Source: Squalus acanthias
Taxonomy: Eukaryota
Assembly: GCA_030390025.1 (NCBI GenBank)
Contig: CM059432.1
Span: forward strand, 149,794,001-149,858,000
Direction: 5' to 3'
DNA: 64,000 bases
Under the pieces are notes generated by a model. That model saw only the letters and a program-made list of their open reading frames with translations. It did not search any database and was not told where the DNA came from. Made by a program: the position numbers and the translations under genes. This document shows positions 35,596-48,859 of this stretch, piece by piece (position 1 is the first letter of the stretch; the number at the start of each line of letters is the position of its first letter).

Positions 35596-37374
35596 AACAT
35601 ATGTACCAGCAGGTGAGGTCCCCCTCCCCCCCTCCGCCACCCCCATAACCGCAGGCCTGACTATTCCCCAGAATCCAAGGCCGAACAAGCACCGAACCTG
35701 CAAAAAAGGACCAAGAAACCTGGTTGCATCAAAGCACTCCCCTGCAAACACATTGCAACCAAAATATTCAACAGCTTTGTGAAATATATATGTGGTTGTG
35801 GCTCTTTAAAAATGAAAAAAAAAATCTTCAGGAGAAAAATAATTGTAATTGTAGTTACTGTACATTGCAATCGGTGCATGGAGTTTATGTTCATCAATAT
35901 TTATTTAAAAGTATACCTCAAACCCAATTTTCTTATTAACTTGTATTGAATTTATATGCTTACTAATTCATGATGTATTGTCACTAATTCGATAATTAGA
36001 ATGAAAAATGCCATTCTAGTGCAGTCAAAAGGAAATGGAAAATGGCAAATGCTGGAAATCTGAAATATAAACAGAAAGTGCTGGAAATACTCAGCAGGTT
36101 CGACTCCTACTTACAGCACAGAAGAAGGCCATTCACCCCATCATGTTTGGGCTAGCTCTTTGCAGGAGCCTCTGTAACTGTTAACATTTCAGGTGTAGAC
36201 TGTTCCTTCATTGGAATGGGAGACAGGAAGAACAGAGAGTCCCTTTCCCAGGAGGGGAGAGGAACAACATTGTAATAATGAAGTCACAGGAATACTAAGT
36301 CCTGTCACAGAGAAAGGTTAACGGGGTCTAAATTTAACATCGTTGTGCCCATTTTATGGGCCAAAAACAGGTGCAACAATCACCAATTTAGCAGTGTAGA
36401 GGCCCGTGCCTGGAGTGCACCTCCTGGCTCCACTACTGCTGGATGCTGCCAGCCTACTCTCGCCCCCCTCCCGATTGCACACCCCCTCCCAGACTAACAA
36501 AAATAACGGTTAAATTAAAATTCATCACTGCACTTACCTCCTGCTTCTCCCAACACAAGCAAACTACTTCCTCATTTGCAGCCAGGTACCAGGAGCCTCC
36601 GTGATGGTATTGACTCGGTTGGTGAACCCGTTCATGCAGCTTCCATCTGTGCTTTTACTGAAAGGCAGCCTTCAGCTCCATAATGTAGTTTTTTGGTGCA
36701 CCTCCTGCAACGGGACCTCCAGCCCTCCAGCATCAAAAGTGGCAGCGTTACCGACAGATCTCTGCTCTACCCCGTGAACAATTGGTCTGCTATCCTGTCA
36801 TCACTACAACTTTCCCATGATTAGTGAAATGCAGCTCTGTAAGAGCAGCTGACCACTGGATTTCCTACTCCCCAGCCAAGTGTGTGACAGGCCATGTTCG
36901 CTGGGCAAGCTTTTCGAATTAGGGAGAGGGGCGTCTGTTGGAAAATTTGGCAAAGCCCAGCCTCTGAGCTGTTGGCACAGGCATGCCTGCCTGCAACACA
37001 GGCCAGCTCACCGCTATTCTTTCCATTAATGGAAAATTGGGGCAGTATCCTAGAACTTCCGACCTTACACCATTGTGGGAGCACCATCAGCACAAGGACT
37101 GCAGTGGTTCAAGAAGGCCCACCGCCATCACCTCACAGCAACCAAGGATGGGCAATAAATATGGTCTTGCCAGCGCTGCCCACCTCCCGAGAACAATATA
37201 ATAAAAAGAGGGTGAATTTTACTGAATGCAGACTCCTGGTGTAGGGGACTTGCCCATTGAGCGCAGGCATTGCGAATTTACAGTTTTCTGTCCATTAATG
37301 TAGCTCAGTACCTACTCTGGGAGTGCGCATTCATCACATTTATCAATATCTTCACTTGCGAAGGTGATCATGAC

Positions 37375-37530
37375 CAATGTTCTCTGTAAGTTGCGTGGCC
37401 GCGCAACGTTCTGGAGCTCACTGGCTTTTAAATGGGAAAAAAACGTGCGGGGCGTGCGTGATATCTTGAATGGGCCGTACAGTCCCTTAAAGGGGCCACG
37501 CACCCAAAGAAAAATTAAAGGGGAACATTG
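37375..37530. mobile_element. hAT-type MITE, 156 bp
   Basis: TIR CAATGTTC / GAACATTG; exact 8-bp TSD ATCATGAC at 37367-37374 and 37531-37538. Confidence 0.9.
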
Positions 37531-38204
37531 ATCATGACACATTTGCTTGTTTGGTCAGCCTTCTCTGTGCAAAAGAAACGGTGCCGGGCAACAAACAGTC
37601 GGGTAAATTTAGTAACCCTGCACTCCTCATGTGAAGCCTCGCTGAACAGGAGTGCGGGTTACAGAATCGAGCCTATAATGTTGAAGTATCTAGCTGCAAC
37701 CCATGCTCCCATTATTGGGGGGGTTCCAGACCTGGAGTGCTGCAGCCCCGAATTCAGGATTTGGAAAGGAGTGTGGGCGAATTTTAAGTGTCCAGAGTGG
37801 ATTGAACTGGATTTTAAATTGGCCCGCAGCTATATATTTACCATGATTGATTTATGTAAAATGAGGTGAGTAGAGGCGGCAACCTGTGCCCAGTGTGTGG
37901 AACACGGGACGAGACCTTATCCCATTTACTGGTCTAATGTCCACAGTTAAATGATTTCAAGCACCCTTTTCGACAGTTGTGCGAGGTTTTCTTGCTGGGT
38001 GGGGGCCAAGGAGTGGGAATGGGAATCGCACGGGGCTCTATTTTGAGATGGGAGTTTGCAGGAGAGTCTGCCCGAGTCTAGTGGAGCGGCGATTAATTTA
38101 ATGTTCAGTGTGGCCAGATTCGTGAAGGAATGCTTTGTTTTATAAAGGGAGTAGAATAAACTTGAAAGATTATTTCAAATTTATAAGGCTTTAAAGAAGA
38201 AAGA

Positions 38205-38310
38205 AAGACTTGCATTTATATAGCGCCTTTTCCGACCTCAGGACGTCCCAAAGCGCTTTACAGCCAATGAAGTACTTTTGAAGTGTAGTCACTGTTGTAA
38301 TGGAGGGAAA
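38205..38310 (-). mobile_element. Deu-type SINE 3' tail
   Basis: gacttgcatttatatagcgcc..gccaatgaagtacttttgaag. Confidence 0.8.
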
Positions 38311-38360
38311 GAATTTTAAGAATGGCATTTTTTGACTAGTTTTTGAAGTTCAATAGATTG

Positions 38361-38605
38361 AACATCCGGGAAGGCGCTGAACACCTCGAGTCTCTTCGCC
38401 GGGAGCAAGCGGAAGCCAAGCGCAAACAGCGGAAGGAGCGCACGTCAACCCAAGCACCCCACCCACCCGCCCCTTCAACCACCGTCTGCCCCACCTGTGA
38501 CAGAGACTGTAGGTCCCGCACTGGACTCATCAATCACCTGAGAACTCATTTTTAGTGTGGAAGCATGTCATCCTCGGTTCCAAGGGACTGCCTAAGAAGA
38601 GCAGA
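38361..38605 (+). mobile_element. RTE LINE 3' end
   Basis: Near-identical to 13853-14094 (CPTCDRDCRSR..HLRTH). Confidence 0.92.
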
Positions 38606-39029
38606 AGAATATGTAATGGGAAACAAATTGAACTTTAATGTCTGAAGCTAATAAATGGTAAAAGACTGTACAGTATAACAGAATTGACGATGTTGTTAAC
38701 ATCTTTAATGATGACTTTAATTTCTGCAGCTAAAATCTGGTAAAGGAATGATTGCATGGTACAAAGAAATGATCTCGATGTTGTAAATGTGTTTAATGAT
38801 GAACAAATCCAATTAAAAAAATCTTACCCTTGTCTTTGATGTCCCAGATTTTTTTCTGTTATGGATTTTCCAAAGAGTAACAATAGTATTAAAAGTGGTG
38901 TCAGGCTTGGATCAGTAGTAGCACACTTACCTCTAAAAATAATGGCAATTATTATTTCTAAGACTCACAGCAGGCACCCACACCGGTCATCATCTTTGAT
39001 ACTCAAAATCAGCTATTCACTTAAAAACA

Positions 39030-39385
39030 GGGATTCAGCCTTGGCTCACTGGTCGCACTCTCACCTCTGAGTCACAAGAGGTGGATTCAAGCCCCACTCA
39101 GCAACCTGAGTACAGGAACGAGTCGGACACCTCAGTGCGGTACAGAGGGAGTGCTACACTATCGGAGGTGCTGTCCTTCAGACGAGGTATTAAACAGAAG
39201 CCCTGTCTGCCCTCACAGGTGGATGTAAAAGATCCCATGGCACTATTCAAACTTGCTAACATATAATTATCAAGCAACACCACGGAAACACATTAACTAA
39301 TTTCATTGCTATTTGTGGGATCTTGCTGTGTGCAAATTGGCTGCTGCAATTTCCTAACAACAGTGACAACACTTCAGAAGTAATT
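39030..39385 (+). mobile_element. tRNA-derived SINE with Deu domain
   Basis: A box TGGCTCACTGG, B box GATTCAAGCCC; gtgctacactatcggaggtgctgtc..aaagatcccatggcact resembles the Deu domain. Confidence 0.8.
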
Positions 39386-40074
39386 ATGTTTTGTTTCCCA
39401 TGGGTACCGAGCCTGCAATCATGCAAAATAAGCTTTGACGTGTAGTAATAACCTGCTGTTTTTCATCTGGGGTTATGTGATCTGCTGTAGTGTAATACTG
39501 GCAGCAGTGTGAGAGATAGGGCGATGGATGTCTTCACTAACAGTGATAAATTTGTCAATTATTCCAATTACCTTTACATTCTCCGGATTAAGCCTGATAT
39601 GTCTAGACAATCTGTTAGGTTTGATTTCCTGCTTTAAGAGATGTCAGTTGGTTGATATCCCTGTGTATATCTAGAAGTCTGATGGGGATTCCTTGATCCA
39701 GTTCTGATAAGCATAAGTTGTGGTTAGACTATTTAAAACATATTAAGGGCAGGATTTCCTGATTTGCCTCTGCAGATTTTTTCAGTGGAACTGAGGTGGG
39801 CAGAGACCAGTCATCAACCACTCTCCGTTTTGCCTCCCGCCACCGCCCCCCCGATTTCTGACAGGCAGAGCCCGGCAGTGTATAAAATGCCTGCAATTCT
39901 TCTGACATATTTCACATCATTGCTGTCAGAGCAACGCCAGATGCCAGGGACACCTGTTAGTCCCTGGTCTCCAGTGTTGCTATGGCAGTGGGGTCAGGTG
40001 GGTTTTGAAAGAGCAGAAAGTTTGGCGAATTGATTTTACAAGCAATATTTACCTTCGTCGGCAGCATTAAAAAA

Positions 40075-40487
40075 AAAAGACTTGTATTTATACGGCACCT
40101 TTCATGATTTCAGGACACCCCAAAGAGCTTTACAGCCAGGTAAGTACTTTTGAAGTGCAGTCACTGTTATAATATAGGAACCACGACAGCCAATTTGGGC
40201 ACAGCAAGCTCCCACAAACAGCAATAAGATAATGGCCAGATACTCTGTTTTATTGGTGCAGGTTGAGGGATAAATATTGGACAGGCCACCGGGGAGAACT
40301 CCCCATCTCTTCTTCAAAATAGTGCCATGGGATCTTTTACGTCCACCTGAGAGGGCAGATGGGACTTCGGTTTAATGACACATCCGAAAGAAGGTACCTC
40401 CGACAGTGCCGCACTCCCTCAGCGCTGCACTGGAGTGTCAGCCTAGATTTTGTGCTCAAGTCCCTGGAGTGGGACTGTGAACCCACA
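40075..40487 (-). mobile_element. Deu-domain SINE
   Basis: Reverse complement of the Deu domain and tail; similar to 59250-59715. Confidence 0.85.
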
Positions 40488-40645
40488 ACAACAACAACCA
40501 CTTATATTTATATAGCGCCTTTAACATAATAAAACATCCCAAGGCACGTCACAGGAGTGTTTTGAAAAAATGTTTTTGACACCGAGCCATATAAGGAGAT
40601 GTTAATGCAGATGACCAAAAGCTTGGTTGAAAAGGTAGGTTTTAA

Positions 40646-41545
40646 TAGAATCATAGAATCATCGAATGGTTACAGCACAGTAGGAGGCCATTCGGCCCAT
40701 TGAGCCCGTGCCGACTCTCTGCAAGAGCACTTCAGCTAGTCCCACTCCCCCGCCCTTTCCCTGTAGCCCTGCAAAAAATTTTCCTTCAGGTACTTATCCA
40801 ATTCCCTTTTGAAAGCCACAATTGAATCTGCCTCCACCTTTCAGGCAGTGCATTCCAGATCCTAACCACTCGCTGCGTAAAAATGTTTTTCCTCATGTCA
40901 CCTTTGGTTCTTTTGCCAATCACCTTAAATCTGTGTCCTCTGGTTCTCGACCCTTCCGCCAATGGGAACAGTTTCTCTCTATCTACTCTGTCTAGACCCC
41001 TCATGATTTTGAACATCTCTATCAAATCTCCTCTTAACGTTCTCTGCTCTAAGGAGAGCATCCCCAGCTTCTCCAGTCTATCGACGTAACTCATCCCTGG
41101 AACCACTCTTGTAAATCTTTTCTGCACCCTCTCTAAGGCCTTCACATCCTTCCTAAGTGCGGCACCCAGAATTGGATACAATACTCCAGTTAGGGCCGAA
41201 CCAGTGTTTTATAAAGGTTCATCATAAATTCTTTGCCTTTATTTATGAAGCCCAGGATCCCATATGCTTTTTTAACTGCTTTCTCAACTTGCCCTGCTAC
41301 CTTCAATGATTTGTGCACATATACCCCCAGGTCTCTCTGTTCATGCACCCCCTTTAGAATTGTACCCTTTTGTTTATATGTCCTCTCCTCGTTCTTTCTA
41401 CCAAAATGTATCACTTCGCACTTTCTGCGTTAAATTTCATCTGCCACGTGTCCACCCATTCCACCAGCCTGTCTATGTCCTTTTGAAGTCTATCACTATC
41501 CTCCTCACTCTTCACTATACTTCCAAGCTTTGTGTCATCTGCAAA
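40646..41545 (-). mobile_element. CR1 3' fragment
   Basis: ORFs 41190..41414 and 40786..41181; tail atagaatcatagaatc. Confidence 0.92.
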
Positions 41546-42106
41546 CTTAGAAATTTAAGGAGCGTCTTAAAGGAGGAAAGAGAAGTGGTGATGCGGAGAA
41601 ATTTAGGAGGTAATTCCAGAGCTTAGGACCTAGGCAGCTGAAGGCACGATTGCCAATGGTGGAGCGATTAAAATCGGGGATGTTCAAAAGGCCAGAAGTG
41701 GCAGAACGCAGAGGTCTCGGGGATTATAGGACTGGAGGAGATTACAGAGATAAGGAGGGGGGAGGTCATGGAGGGATTTCAAAATCGAGGCACTGCTTAA
41801 TTGGGAGCCAATGTAGGTCAGCATGCTCAGGGGAGATGGGTGAGAGGAACTTGGTGCGAGTTAGCACACAGGCGGCAGAGTTTTGGATGACCTCAAGTTT
41901 ATGGAGGGTAGGACTAGGGAGGCCGGCCAGGAGTGCAATGGAATAGTCAAGTCTAGAATTTATAAAGGCTTGGATGAGGGTTTCAGCAGCAGATAAGTTG
42001 AGGTAAGGGTGGAGACAGGCGATGTTACAAAGGTGGAAATGGCCGGTCTTAGGGATAGAATAGATATGAGGTAGGAAGCTCAGTTCATGATCAAATATGA
42101 CACTAA

Positions 42107-42948
42107 GGGCTGGATTTTGATACTGGGGATGTGATGGAGTCGGGACTCCCACTTTTTGGGTTGTAGTCCCGCCTCCATTGACTTGTGGCCAACCCACTGT
42201 ATTTTCACTTGATTGACCTTGTTGAGCCCGCCCAGTGGGCTCAGCAGGCCAATTAAGGGCCACCCGGCAACAGGTGACGTCACAGATTGACATTTCATCT
42301 GTCAAGAGCTTTTGACAGATGAAATATCAGCGTTTGACAGCTCTGTGAAGCTGTCAAACACTGACAATCTGTACTCTAACTTGAGTCCTTCCTCTCAGGC
42401 TGAGTTAGAAATCATTCCAGCACAGAAAAGAGGCTGCAGTTTTGGACAGCTCAACGGCCATTCTGTTTTCTGTGCCGGTGAGATTTCTGACTCCCGAGAC
42501 CTGAAGGGCTGACACCTGCAGGAGGAAGTTATGGTAAGTAAAACTTTTTCCCACACTTTACACTTACCTTACACACTTACCTCTGCATACATGCACCCAT
42601 CACTCACCTGCCCACCGGACATATCGACCCCTCCAACCCCTGCAGACCCACGGTCCGCCCCGATAACTTGGCGTGGTTGCCACCTGTCGGGAAGCCCACA
42701 TTTCATGAATCAAAATAGGGATTAGGCAAAAAACTGCCTGTTAACTACCTGTTAACAGGCAGTTTATTGGCACTAATCCCCTTCCCGCCTCGGGGAGTCG
42801 GGTCTCAGCACAGGTCGGGTACCCGCCGCCAGAGAAACTGGCATGGAGGCGGGTTGGGGGCAGGATGGGGTCGGGACCCCCGAATCTGCAACTTTAACCC
42901 CCCACACGCCTCCAAACCCGACTCCACGGGTCAATGAAAATCCAGCCC
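42107..42948. mobile_element. Harbinger MITE, 842 bp
   Basis: Perfect 12-bp TIR GGGCTGGATTTT; flanks TAA / TAT; interrupts L2; internal hairpins 42287-42360. Confidence 0.9.
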
Positions 42949-44160
42949 TATGGTTGAGAACAGACTTGGTCAGCCTTAGATAGTTGCCGGGGAGAGAGGT
43001 CGAATCAGTGGAAAGGGAACGGAGTTTGTGGCGTGAACCGAAGACAATGGCTTCAGTCTTCCCGATATTTGATTGGAGAAATTTGGGGTGGAACTCGGTT
43101 TCAATGGGATTCCCCCATATTTTCACTGGCCCTGCCGCCTAGCCCCCATGTCAAGGCGATCTGTCTGAGTGAGCTCCTGGGCTGCTCTGAAAATTCTGCT
43201 CGAATGCCGCTGAAAGGCAGCTGAGAGCTCCCGGAGTAAGTCCTATTGAGGGCCTTTGCTAGGAAAGGGTAATGGATCGCGGAGGGGGTCGATTACCTTC
43301 CCCAAAAGACTTGCTCGCTCCATTGGGAGCAGCAGATGTGAAGAGCAGATGTTTCCTCAGGACCTCGCTGGGCCTCGTCATCAACATAGGCCGTGGCAGA
43401 GCTCCAACACTCTGCGGGGCAGATCGAGGTGGCCTTTGAGACGTGATGAGCCAGCCCCGTCCATGCAAACGATACCGTCCCTGGGATTCAGGGTGGTGTC
43501 ACCAGGTGTCAGCATGGGTGGGCGTGAGAGCTTGAGGAGCAGCCCAATATTTAATGAAACAACACAAAGTCCAAGGATCATGAGATTCTCACAGGGGTTG
43601 AAGATGTCCAGAATATGCCTTCCAAGGAGCAGCAATATCAGAGGGTCTGTATTATTGACCATCGTCATGGAGGCCTGAAAGAAGGAGCAGGTGAGACAGG
43701 TGGGGGAAACAACACAATTACAGTAACCGGAAAACAGACTCAGAACCAAGAACTGTAATTGACTGAGGAGAGAGTCTCTGAGACCTTAAATGATGTCAAC
43801 CTGAGAACTGGTCCATTAACAAATGCACATTAAGGTCATTGAGACATTCTAATGAGGGCAGACCAAGGTAGAAACAGATGTGTTCAGTAATACTGAAGTA
43901 ATTCATTGGATAGTTAGTAAAATATTGATAAATTATTTTAGGACACCAGTGAATTGATTGATGGTCATTATAAAAAAAAACTTGTATGACATTCAAATAT
44001 TGAAGTTTATTCAGGAGCACACACTTGAATTAGAACAAGTGGAAATTTGTAGTCTGCAGGAAGGCCCTGGGCATTTTTAAAGTCTTCAGTCTATGCTCTG
44101 TGACACTGAAACATTAATATTAAGGTAATAAAGTCACTCATGTATCTTTACTGTAGTATT

Positions 44161-45574
44161 TGTAGGGGGTGGTGTGGTAGGGTCAGCTTCACCTCTGACT
44201 CAGTGAGCGGTTCGAATCGCTCCCATGCCCCTGGTTCTAGACTTTGGACTTATTTGGGGGTCGTGAACAAAGGTGCAGCAGACAACTGAGTTTGATGAAA
44301 GAATTTCGATCTTTATTCAAGAAAGTAAAACACAACACAAACACTCTTAACACTCTAAAGGTGGGGAACACTTCGGTACATGCGAGGGAAATAACATTAG
44401 AAGAATACTTCACCCCTCCCAATCCCACTTCACTAGCTAGGTTGGACTCTGGAGAACCAGGGATAATGCTCACCAAACGAATCCTTGACAGTTGAGCGTT
44501 AGGGTTTAGAGTCTTTTGAGTAAAAGGTTTCGTAAGGCCCTTGTTGCCGCGAGGTGTCCGATGGTCACTGAGGCGGTCGCTCTGGTCTCTTCTTGCGTGT
44601 CGGCCTGCTTCGGGAGCTGTTGGCTTTCTTTGTTGAACTGCTTTCTGTTTAAACTGTCTTCTTCCGAGCTGTGGAACTGCCTTCTTGCAGAACTGTGGAA
44701 ACGCCTTCTTGCAGAACTGTGGAAACTGCCTTCTGCCTGCTTGTTGAACTTGAACTGTTTTACTGGAGAACTGGAGAACTCCCTTCTTACTGAACTGTCT
44801 TCTTTAACTGCCCAACTTGCTTCTCCTTAACTCTGTAATTCCAGCACTGACTTCTGCTGAAAACAGGCTTTCAAATTTGAACTCCAAAAACTGCAGAACT
44901 GCCTTCTGTTGAACTTGAACTGTTGTCCTGCTTTCTCGAACTTGTAACTGTTGAAAAACTGCTGAACTGCTTGATGGGCCTTCAATTATACTAAATTGAA
45001 GTGGCCCTATCAAAACCAAATCAAATCATTGTAAGACCTCGTTAACAGTAACGACTTTACTAGCGTGTTAACTGGTTTTGTAAATGTGTGAAGGGGTTTC
45101 AGGATAGCTCCATCCTGTCGATCTGTTGTTTAATCGGAGTTTGAATTGTCCTCATGTTTTGGGTTTCTTGATTGGGACTAGGACTTCGATCGAATATTTG
45201 CTTTATGCATGTCTTTAATGGGTTCTGTAATCGGTTTGATGGGACCTGTTGTTTTGGGTGGGACTGTCTCCTCCTAGGGTCTATTGTCAAAATGTTAATG
45301 CTTGCTGGGGCTTGAGTGAGGTCATCCCAATTCCCCAGACAATGCAATTTAACTGCAATACCCAAAACTGCTTTTGCAGAGGTTGAACCCAACTTCCTTC
45401 ACAGCCTTTTCTCCCTTTACAGGCCCAGACATGCTTTTAAAATGCCAAAACTTGGTTTTTGGTCTTACAGTCTCTTAGGTTAGGCCCAAATGCATTTTTA
45501 TCACTCTGAGGTAGTTCCAAAGTCCTTTTTTTCTGCTTAGGTTTTGGAGATCTGCAAATTTTGGAAACCTTACA
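44161..45574 (-). mobile_element. solo LTR, 1414 bp
   Basis: TGTAGG...CCTTACA termini; exact 5-bp TSD GTATT; AATAAA on - strand at 44312-44317; internal short repeats 44630-44970. Confidence 0.88.
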
Positions 45575-45711
45575 GTATTAATCTTCTAACTAAACAATTA
45601 ACATGTTTTTCTCTCTTCTTGTAACTCATTCTTTACCACTGTTTAATTCTCTCTGTCACTTTCTCCACTGTATGTCTCTCTCTGCATGGCTCTCATGCAC
45701 TCTTCTCATTG

Positions 45712-46305
45712 TGGTGTCCTGCTACAACTGTACAGGGTGTTGGTGAGACCACACCTGGAGTACTGCGTACAGTTTTGGTCTCCTTATTTAAGGAGGGATA
45801 TACTTGCATTGGAGGCAGTTCAGAGAAGGTTCACGAGGTTGATTCCGGAGATGAAAGGGTTGTCTTATGAGGAAAGGTTGAGCAGGTTGGGCCTATACTC
45901 ATTGGAGTTTAGAAGAATGAGAGGTGATCTTATTGAAACGTATAAGATTCTGAGGGGGCTCGACAAGGTAGATGCAGAGAGGATGTTTCCCCTCATGGGG
46001 AAATCTAGAACTAGGGGGCATAGTTTCAGAATAAGGGGTCGCCCATTTAAAACTGAGATGAGGAGGAATTTCTTCTCTCAGAGGGTCGTGAATCTGTGGA
46101 ATTCTCTGCCCCAAAGAGCTGTGGAGGCTGGGTCATTGAATATATTTAAGGTGGACAGATTTTTGAACAATAAGGGAATGAAGGGTTATGGGGAGTGGGC
46201 AGGGAAGTGGAGTTGAGCCCAAGATCAGATCAACCATGATCTCATTGAATGGCGGAGCAGGCTCGAGGGGCCGAATGGCCTACTCCTGCTCCTATTTTCT
46301 ATGTT
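45712..46305 (+). mobile_element. CR1 3' fragment
   Basis: ORF 45686..46216 LYRVLVRPHLEYCVQFWSP..RRMRGDLIETYKI; tail. Confidence 0.94.
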
Positions 46306-46648
46306 CATTCCCAGGATGCTTTCGGGTTTGAAGTGTCAGGGTACTATTTAGCTGACACCGTGGCCGGAATTTTGTTTACCTGGGTGGGTCAAGTACGGGC
46401 GGTCGCCGTGGCAGGTCACGACCCCGTTCCTGCTTCCATCCCGCTGCAGAAATCGAATTTGTGATAATGGGGCCTAGTAAGCCCGCGCTACCCGGCCCAA
46501 TTAAATGATGCGGGTCTGATGAGGTCATCGATGACACGTTTTCAGCTGGGATATTTAAAGGAGCCATGGCCACATTGCATTTGAAGGTTCATCTCGGAAT
46601 GTGCAGGCAGTGCACTGGAGCTTTTGATTGTTCCAAACACTTAGAAAC

Positions 46649-48552
46649 ATGACTGCACAGAGACAGAGGGCTGCACCCAGGCTCTCTGATGACTCCCTCC
46701 ATATGCTTGTGGAGGGAGCGAGAGCACGCAGGGAGGTTCTCTTCCCTTTAAATGGGCAGAAGAGACCTCCCCAGCAGACCAAAGGAGCCTGGCTCCAAAT
46801 AACAGAGGAGGTCAACAGCAGGGATGTGTTCAGGAGGACCTGGGTGCAGTGCCAGAAACATTTCAATTATCTCATTAGATCAGGAAAGGTGAGTACAAAT
46901 CCACACTCAACTTCATCCTGTTGTGCCTCTCATCACATCCCCATCACTCTGCCTTCCCAACCCTACTCCTGCACATCATTACTCACACCAACATACCTTG
47001 CATGCCCACCCATCCCTCTCTCTCTATCTATGTTATCACATCCCCATCTGAATAACCACTCCTCACACTCACCTTCATCCTAATGCAATCATACCAACTA
47101 ACAACACACAAGGAGGCCACTTGGCATTGCCACCTCATTTCATCATAGTCTCCCTCTAAAGATGTAACCCATCTATTCCTTACACTCATTCCATCACTCT
47201 CACTCAAACTTCTCTTCTTTCCCTCCTTGCAGGGTAAGAGAGCCCACAATAAGAGGGAGAGAAAGAGAACTGGAGGTGGCCCTCCATCATTTGTCACCCT
47301 GACAACAGCAGAGGAGGCTGCGTTTGAAGTATTGGGAGTCGCCGAGCAGCTGGAGGTGTGAGATGGAGGGGAACATCTCAGCAACCTGGTGACAGAATTA
47401 CATATCATTCAGCTACATGGCAAACATCAGTCACTCATATGGGGACTGATGTCAGCAGCCACTGAATGGTCATCATGTGCATAATGGTATCTGTACCCTT
47501 TCTTCATATGACATATCTAACTAATCGCTTTACTCTCCCACAGGTCCATCAAGAGCCCCCCGCCCAACTGTCCAGGAGGAAGAGGAAGACGACTCCTCAG
47601 AGGAGCCTCCAGCCTCTGAGGGCGCACCGTCACCAGACATAAGTGCACCCAGCACCACCAGACATAAGTGCACCCAGCACCAGCACAGATACGCACACCT
47701 TGGTGGGTCCCACGCGAGATAGAGTATTGTTGTCACCTGGTGTCTCACAACTCACAAGTGAGCAAGAGGAGATGGTGGAGACAGGGACAGCAGTGGAGAT
47801 TCCTCGCCAGAGGGCGCAAGACACTCCCAGCTCTGCTCAGCTGCACGCAAGCACAGAGCCTCGGGGCGGCCATCCAGAAAGAGGGAGATCCTGGAGGCGC
47901 AGGAAGAAGTGCAGGAGGCTGTGACAGGTTCTGCGACCGCAATGGCTGCAAATGTGCAGAGAATGGAGGAGTCCATCTCCAACATGAGCACCACCATGCC
48001 GCAGGTGATGGCGACTGTAGGCTCTGCCATGGAAAGGATGGCCACCTGCATGGAGCAGCTAATGCGCCACTCACAGGAGCACATGGTCTCTATGGAGAAT
48101 AGATGGCAGATGCTCATAGATCTCCTGTCTAGGAGGAATGTCAACGTAGATGTGGGTTTTCATGGCCCCACTGCTGTGCAGCAAGGTGCTCTCCAGCTCC
48201 TTGCAAGCAGAGAAGTGTGGATGGCTCACAAGAGGGATGACGGTGAGAGGGATGACGGTGAGAGGGGACATGGAAGTGGGGGCCCCTCTCAAAGCGCTCA
48301 CACTTCTCCCCCGTTGCCCCCCCCTCCCCACAGTCAGAGCCTCAGATCGCGATGGCCGAGTCTGCCCCTGCACAGTCGCAGGAGGAGCAGACTTTGGCGG
48401 GGCCATCAGAGGCTCCAAAACCCAGAGGATGTCTGCCAAAAGTGTCAATGCAGTCGCAGCAGGGAAGTGAGCAGGCTGCCTCTACCTCTGCTGAAGCCAC
48501 AGGGGTAGCACCTCGTAGAAGCACGCATAAGAGAAAGATGACACACAAGTAG
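46649..48552 (+). pseudogene. Harbinger Myb/SANT gene, 3 exons (46649-46888, 47233-~47388, 47544-48552)
   Basis: MTAQRQRAAPRLSDDSLHMLV..AWLQI..RTWVQCQKHFN; AAG|gtgagt; ttgcag|GKRAHNKRERKRTGGG; premature TGA in exon 2; ends RRSTHKRKMTHK*. Confidence 0.85.
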
Positions 48553-48859
48553 ATTCACAAGGGTAGCCACTTGGGTTTTTAACTCAATGTTAATGTCAAG
48601 TTTCCGTTAGTGTGATCTCAAGCATAAAAATCTTTCTTTTCACCACTTTCTGGTCTTGGACAAATTTGTGTGCACCTTTGGAAGTGGCTTAGTGAGTTGG
48701 AGTGGATGGTGAGACATAACGTTACCTCCAGCAATGGTGGTCAGTGTGAAAGGAAGGGCCTGGTCATTGTAGGGATGCTTTATGGTGTTGCTATGGGGTG
48801 GTGCGAACCTGGTGCAGCATGTGGCAGCCATATGGGTGTAAGGCGTGAAGTTAAGTAAA

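Larger units (their letters stand above)
40488..43085 (-). mobile_element. L2 LINE 3' portion, split by CR1 (40646-41545) and MITE (42107-42948)
   Basis: (CAA)n tail at 40488; ggttttaa..ggagcgtcttaaagg continuity across the CR1; AFINSRLDYS..LEVIQNSAA..LHWLP; NIGKTEAIVFG. Confidence 0.9.
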
